A DNA stretch of 32,000 nt from Cylindrospermopsis raciborskii Cr2010 (GTDB lineage: Bacteria > Cyanobacteriota > Cyanobacteriia > Cyanobacteriales > Nostocaceae): contig NZ_CP065936.1 in the NCBI RefSeq assembly GCF_003367075.2, positions 1,470,001-1,502,000 on the forward strand. The letters are read 5' to 3'. Shown here in pieces: positions 27,313 to 32,000 of the stretch. Within the stretch, counting starts at the first letter, position 1. Every line of letters starts with the position of its first letter. Under the pieces are notes generated by a model. The model was given only the letters and a program-made list of their open reading frames with translations, did not search any database and was not told where the DNA came from. The position numbers were made by a program, and so were the translations under genes.

Positions 27313-28470
27313 ATGAGCCAAGAGGAATCTTCTACTGCAAAACTGACGGATGACGGGTGGGAGGAACCAACTACTCCTGTAACCCCACCGCCGACGGAAA
27401 TTTTATCGCCAATTGAATCTTATGTCAGTCAGGTGGTGGAATCAGATCCCCATCTCAATTCTTTGTATACGGTTACAGCAGAACAGGTAGCTGATTTACA
27501 ATCTACTCAAGCTGCACTAAAAACGGAAATCTCCCAACTACAAGTAACTTATATTGCGCTTCAAAGTCAAGTATCGGAGACCCAAACCAATCTTTCTAGA
27601 ATAGTGCAGGAGTCATTATCTCTTTTAGAACAACGTAAACAAAATCTACAAATATCCGTGGAGCAATTAGAACGGAGACAAGAACGCATTAAAAATGAAA
27701 TGCGCACAAGTTTTGCAGGAACTTCCCAGGATCTGGCAATTCGGGTACAGGGTTTTAAGGACTACCTCACAGGGAGTTTACAGGACTTGGTGACCGCAGC
27801 GGAGCAATTACCTCTTGTTCCCATTCCAGAAAAACTTAAATCGGTAACTACGGAAGTTAAGCAGGATTTTGCCAAAGAAGTTAAATCTAATGTAAGCCAG
27901 TCTGTTAGTGTACAGTTCGCTCAACAACAGTTTCAGGAAACAACCAAGCAGATTCAGCGACTATTAGAACAGTATCGCAATCAACCAGACTATTATGGTC
28001 CTCCATGGCAACTAAGACGCACTTTTGAACCCGTCCATGTAGAACGAGTTTCTAAATGGTTTTTTACTCTGGGTGGACGTGGTGCTTTACAAACCATGAG
28101 TAGTCGTCTGCAAAATGTTTTGATTTCTTCCGCAGCAGTATCAATTCTACACAAACTATATGGCGATCGCCTGCGTACACTAATTTTAGCGAATAGTCCT
28201 GAAAGGTTAGGGGAATGGCGCAGGGGTTTACAAGATTGTTTGGGTATTGGTCGTTCTGATTTTGGTCCGGACAGAGGTGTGGTATTATTTGAAGCAGCTA
28301 CCGCTTTAGCCCAAAAGGCGGATAGACTAATTAAGTCTAATCAAATGCCTTTGATTATCATTGATGATTCTGAAGAGCAGGTTAGTTTAGGACTATTGCA
28401 ATTTCCTTTGTGGTTAGCTTTTGCGCCTGATCCTAAAATGATGCGAGATAGATATGATGAAGATTTCTAA
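27313..28470 (+). CDS. coiled-coil hypothetical protein (cyanobacteria-type, family not confidently recognised)
   Basis: Long ORF with heptad-rich region (LQSTQAALKTEISQLQVTYIALQSQVSETQTNL...LEQRKQNLQISVEQLERRQERIKNEM). The ATG at 27313 is preferred over the TTG at 27250. Confidence 0.7.
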   Translation: MSQEESSTAKLTDDGWEEPTTPVTPPPTEILSPIESYVSQVVESDPHLNSLYTVTAEQVADLQSTQAALKTEISQLQVTYIALQSQVSETQTNLSRIVQESLSLLEQRKQNLQISVEQLERRQERIKNEMRTSFAGTSQDLAIRVQGFKDYLTGSLQDLVTAAEQLPLVPIPEKLKSVTTEVKQDFAKEVKSNVSQSVSVQFAQQQFQETTKQIQRLLEQYRNQPDYYGPPWQLRRTFEPVHVERVSKWFFTLGGRGALQTMSSRLQNVLISSAAVSILHKLYGDRLRTLILANSPERLGEWRRGLQDCLGIGRSDFGPDRGVVLFEAATALAQKADRLIKSNQMPLIIIDDSEEQVSLGLLQFPLWLAFAPDPKMMRDRYDEDF

Positions 28471-28487
28471 TAACTAGGTTGTAAATT

Positions 28488-29171
28488 ATGACTATTTGGT
28501 TTGTGTGGTGTGGGTTGGTAATTATATTAGCCTATCTATTGGGTTCCTTTCCCACAGGATATCTGGTGGGTAAAATATTAAAAGGCATTGATATTAGACA
28601 AGTCGGATCTGGCTCTACTGGTGCAACTAATGTTTTGAGAACTTTAGGTAAAGGTCCAGGTGCTTTTGTACTAATCATTGACTGTTTGAAAGGAGTTCTA
28701 GCCATTAATTTAGTGTATATATTATACAGTAGTCAATTGAACTTAATGGATAGCAGTTTAAATGTGGAAGCATGGCAATCGTGGTTAGTCACCTCAGTAG
28801 GGTTGATGGCAATATTGGGACATAGCAAGTCCATATTTTTAGGTTTTACTGGTGGTAAGTCAGTAGCTACCAGCTTAGGTATTTTATTAGCAATAAATTG
28901 GCAAGTAGGTCTAGGTACTCTGGGTGTGTTTGTAGTGATGATTGCCATATCTAAAATTGTTTCTTTAAGTTCCATTGCTGGTGCAATTGCTGTTTCCATT
29001 TTGATGGTAGTTTTTCAACAACCCTTGGCTTATATTATATTTAGCTTGCTTGGTGGTTTGTATGTAATTATTCGTCACCGTAGTAATATTGACAGACTAT
29101 TAGCAGGTAAAGAACCAAAAATTGGACAAAAGGTGGAAACTCAGTCAGAACAACTAACCGGGGAAGGTTGA
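28488..29171 (+). CDS. plsY: glycerol-3-phosphate acyltransferase PlsY
   Basis: GSGSTGATNVLR and HSKSIFLGFTGGKSVATS motifs. Polytopic membrane protein, 227 aa. Confidence 0.9.
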   Translation: MTIWFVWCGLVIILAYLLGSFPTGYLVGKILKGIDIRQVGSGSTGATNVLRTLGKGPGAFVLIIDCLKGVLAINLVYILYSSQLNLMDSSLNVEAWQSWLVTSVGLMAILGHSKSIFLGFTGGKSVATSLGILLAINWQVGLGTLGVFVVMIAISKIVSLSSIAGAIAVSILMVVFQQPLAYIIFSLLGGLYVIIRHRSNIDRLLAGKEPKIGQKVETQSEQLTGEG

Positions 29172-29198
29172 CGTTTCTTGCTTTTACCTAAGCTGAGT

Positions 29199-29236
29199 GA
29201 ACGTAGGTTAGGTTGATTAAACTCAACACCTGCACC
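29199..29236 (+). repeat. diverged member of the ACGTAGGTTGGGTTGA hairpin family
   Basis: GAACGTAGGTTAGGTTGATTAAACTCAACACCTGCACC shares the 5' ACGTAGGTT core and a GTTGA-N6-TCAAC hairpin. Confidence 0.5.
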
Positions 29237-29401
29237 AATTAGAGTACGCTTGTGGAACGTTCGGCATAACTAACCTCTGCACAAAAACGGTTCCAATCAA
29301 TCCCCGTCTCTTTAGAGCGGGGAGAAGTCAACATCATCATTTTTCCTTGAGAAGATGCTATTGGTTTATCTCCTGACGAAAATCGTTTTTAAGACTTAAA
29401 C

Positions 29402-29689
29402 TTAGCGAAATTGACTTGATAAACAAGCCACAAAAATTGTACTAAAAATAGCTGTGACTATTGCAGCGAGTAAAACTCCTTTAGCAATAGTATCTATCAA
29501 GTTTCTTCTTAACAAACTTATTTCTTTTAACAACTCTTCATGAGTCGTTTTTATTTGTTTAACTTCGTTTAATAAAAATTTTACTTCTGAGCGATTTAAG
29601 TTTTCTAATTCGTAATTTACGTTTTCCAATTCATATCTAATATTTTGTAATTCTTTTAAAGATTCTGTCGAATTATTATTGTTTGACAT
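29402..29689 (-). CDS. small AT-rich coiled-coil protein with a C-terminal TM anchor (hypothetical)
   Basis: 95 aa. Repeated YELENVNYELENL, then the hydrophobic tail GVLLAAIVTAIFSTIFVACL. No RBS checked. Composition is much more AT-rich than the neighbours. Confidence 0.5.
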   Translation of the reverse strand: MSNNNNSTESLKELQNIRYELENVNYELENLNRSEVKFLLNEVKQIKTTHEELLKEISLLRRNLIDTIAKGVLLAAIVTAIFSTIFVACLSSQFR

Positions 29690-29763
29690 AATTAACTCTC
29701 TAAATTTTAAACGTGGAAGGAATCTATAGCCTTAGAAGGGTTTACCTCCCATTTATTGGTCAG

Positions 29764-29848
29764 GCGATCGCTCGTAGGGGGTGGTTTGCGATCGCACCTC
29801 TTACCTAGGGTATCCCCCTAAAATTAAATCATCACAACATGCGATCGC
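29764..29848. repeat. cluster of three HIP1 octamers (GCGATCGC)
   Basis: GCGATCGC occurs at 29764-29771, 29788-29795 and 29841-29848. HIP1 also occurs singly at many other places in the window, e.g. 5972-5979. Confidence 0.8.
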
Positions 29849-30172
29849 TCTGCCAACTTACTGTTCTCGGATAGAATTGTGTTGGTCAAAATTAAAGCAA
29901 TTTCTCCGTAGTCGTGAGGCACGAAAATTAGAACCCGCTCTATAGGATCTACCCAAAGCTACCCAGACTTCACGGATCTGGACTTTAGAACCTACTTCCT
30001 GTTTCATCGTAGTCTCAAGATGATTCTTGAGAGGTTTGTCTACTCCACAAGCTATCTCGGTAGAGCTTACCTGGGAGTTATTTAGTCCAGGGGGACGCAC
30101 TATTACCGTCATTCGCAGTTAGTCGCGAAGCACTGGGTACGCGAAATCGCCATTGTTGTTTAAATCATTAAT

Positions 30173-30202
30173 GTTAGGTTTCCTAGCGTCAACCCAACCT
30201 AC
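30173..30202 (-). repeat. inverted-orientation member of the ACGTAGGTTGGGTTGA hairpin family
   Basis: Minus strand reads GTAGGTTGGGTTGA-CGCTAG-GAAACCTAAC. The plus strand would translate as LGFLASTQPT. Confidence 0.55.
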
Positions 30203-30210
30203 AAACTTAA

Positions 30211-30465
<255 letters not shown>

Positions 30466-30492
30466 TAATTTAATAACCAATACTGGTAAATG

Positions 30493-30524
30493 AAAAGCTC
30501 CTCACCTGGTGGGGGGCTTTTTTT
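30493..30524 (+). terminator. intrinsic terminator after the psbA fragment
   Basis: AAAAGCTCCTC-ACCTGGT-GGGGGGCTTTTTTT forms a 7-bp stem (two G-U pairs) followed by T7. Confidence 0.7.
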
Positions 30525-30657
30525 ATGGCGTATTATTTGAGTAATGCCATGAGTTGAGGGTGTTGGGTGCTGGTTTCAATGAAGATCCCTTATGAGCTGG
30601 TCTATAGAGGTTCTAGAATAAAATCGGTAAGGTTATTTTTAAAAACTCCTTCTCACC

Positions 30658-32000
30658 ATGCCCAAACACTTTAATACTGCTGGTCCTTGCCAATCTGATA
30701 TCCACTATATGCTCTCCCCAACGGTTCGACTACCGGATTTGAAAGCACTAATTGATGGTCGCAATTACTTTATCATTCATGCGCCGCGACAAGTAGGCAA
30801 AACCACCGCTATGATAGCTCTAGCTCAAGAATTGACTGATAGTGGGGAATACACCGCCGTCATGCTCTCTGTGGAAGTAGGATCGGGATTTTCCCATAAT
30901 CCCCAGCAAGCGGAGCAGGTTATTTTACAAGAATGGAAACAGGCAATTAAGTTTTACTTACCCAAAGAACTACAACCATCCTATTGGCCAGAGGGTGAAA
31001 CAGACTCAGGAATAGGCAAAACTTTAAGTGAGTGGTCTACCCAATCTCCAAGACCTCTTGTAATCTTTTTAGATGAAATAGATTCCCTGACAGATGAAGC
31101 TTTAATCTTTATTTTAAGACAATTACGTTCGGGTTTTCCCCGTCGTCCCCGGGCGTTTCCCCATTCGGTGGGGTTGATTGGTATGCGGGATGTGCGGGAC
31201 TATAAGGTTAAATCCGGTGGAAGTGAAAGACTTAATACTTCCAGTCCTTTCAATATCAAGGCTGAGTCTTTAACCCTCAGTAATTTTACTTTATCAGAAG
31301 TAGAAGAACTTTACTTACAACATACACAAGCTACAGGACAGGTGTTTACCCCGGAAGCCATCCATCAGGCATTTTATTTGACCGATGGACAACCGTGGTT
31401 AGTCAACGCCCTAGCTCGTCAAGCTACCCAGGTTTTGGTGAAAGACATTACCCAACCCATTACTGCTGAAGTCATTAACCGAGCCAAAGAAATTCTCATT
31501 CAGCGCCAGGATACTCATTTAGACAGCTTAGCAGAAAGATTACGGGAAGAGCGGGTCAAAACCATTATTGAACCAATTTTAGCAGGTGAAGATTTACCTG
31601 ATGTACCCCAGGATGATATTCGTTACGTCCTGGATTTAGGACTGTGTCGAGACCGAGGACAGGGTTTGGAAATTGCCAATCCAATTTATCGGGAAGTTCT
31701 ACCCTTGGTGTTAAGTTACACAACCAGAGCTTCCATTGGAGTTATTGAACCTCGTTGGTTAAATGAACAGGGGGAGCTATTACCCGATGAATTATTGGAA
31801 GCATTTCTGGAGTTTTGGCGACAACATGGGGAACCACTACTCAAAAGTGCGCCCTATCATGAAATCGCTCCCCATTTAGTGTTAATGGCATTTTTACATC
31901 GGGTGGTAAATGGTGGTGGTACGTTAGAACGGGAATATGCCATTGGTTCTGGAAGGATGGATATTTGTTTACGCTATGGCAAAGTGGTGATGGGCATAGA
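30658..32000 (+). CDS. AAA-ATPase-like protein with C-terminal PD-(D/E)xK-like region (partial, runs off the window end)
   Basis: Not in the ORF track because no stop is reached. I read 447 stop-free codons from the ATG at 30658. Walker A HAPRQVGKTT and Walker B LVIFLDEIDSL. The C-terminal part (EREYAIGSGRMDICLRY) resembles the nuclease-like tail of cyanobacterial predicted AAA-ATPases. Confidence 0.85.
   Translation, partial: MPKHFNTAGPCQSDIHYMLSPTVRLPDLKALIDGRNYFIIHAPRQVGKTTAMIALAQELTDSGEYTAVMLSVEVGSGFSHNPQQAEQVILQEWKQAIKFYLPKELQPSYWPEGETDSGIGKTLSEWSTQSPRPLVIFLDEIDSLTDEALIFILRQLRSGFPRRPRAFPHSVGLIGMRDVRDYKVKSGGSERLNTSSPFNIKAESLTLSNFTLSEVEELYLQHTQATGQVFTPEAIHQAFYLTDGQPWLVNALARQATQVLVKDITQPITAEVINRAKEILIQRQDTHLDSLAERLREERVKTIIEPILAGEDLPDVPQDDIRYVLDLGLCRDRGQGLEIANPIYREVLPLVLSYTTRASIGVIEPRWLNEQGELLPDELLEAFLEFWRQHGEPLLKSAPYHEIAPHLVLMAFLHRVVNGGGTLEREYAIGSGRMDICLRYGKVVMGI

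Overview
This window looks like chromosome from a filamentous (Nostocales-type) cyanobacterium. The evidence is roughly 40% GC, many HIP1 octamers (GCGATCGC), a panC-cmk fusion, an SLH+OprB porin, a psbA fragment, and the dispersed hairpin repeat whose reverse strand reads LGF..LNPTY. Most of the window is ordinary housekeeping sequence: porin, Crp-family regulator, panC/cmk, rlpA, SLH-glycosidase, tlyA, DUF29, class-I lysRS, dacB, trxA, guaB3-like, two sbp paralogs with cysT and cysW, ileS, tRNA-Gln, plsY. Three patches do not fit that picture. (1) 3604-6007 is a 2.4-kb patchwork between the Crp-like gene and panC/cmk. It holds a cas-less three-repeat CRISPR-like mini-array fused to a 16-bp hairpin, a roughly 16-codon Uma2-nuclease remnant, an AT-rich orphan beta-class DNA methyltransferase, and a copy of the promoter plus first 8 codons of the AAA-ATPase gene at 30658. 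(2) 1-428 is a 184-bp tandem repeat (183/184 identical copies) built from hairpin modules that recur at three other intergenic sites. (3) 29172-30657 is a scar region with an AT-rich tail-anchored coiled-coil ORF, a HIP1 cluster, about 300 bp of unassigned hairpin-rich sequence, and an orphan 59-codon psbA 3' fragment that keeps its terminator. I found no complete, recognisable defence or mobile system. The most interesting candidates are decayed or fragmentary and need genome-wide and comparative checks. All calls come from reading the sequence and the ORF track by eye; no database search was run.
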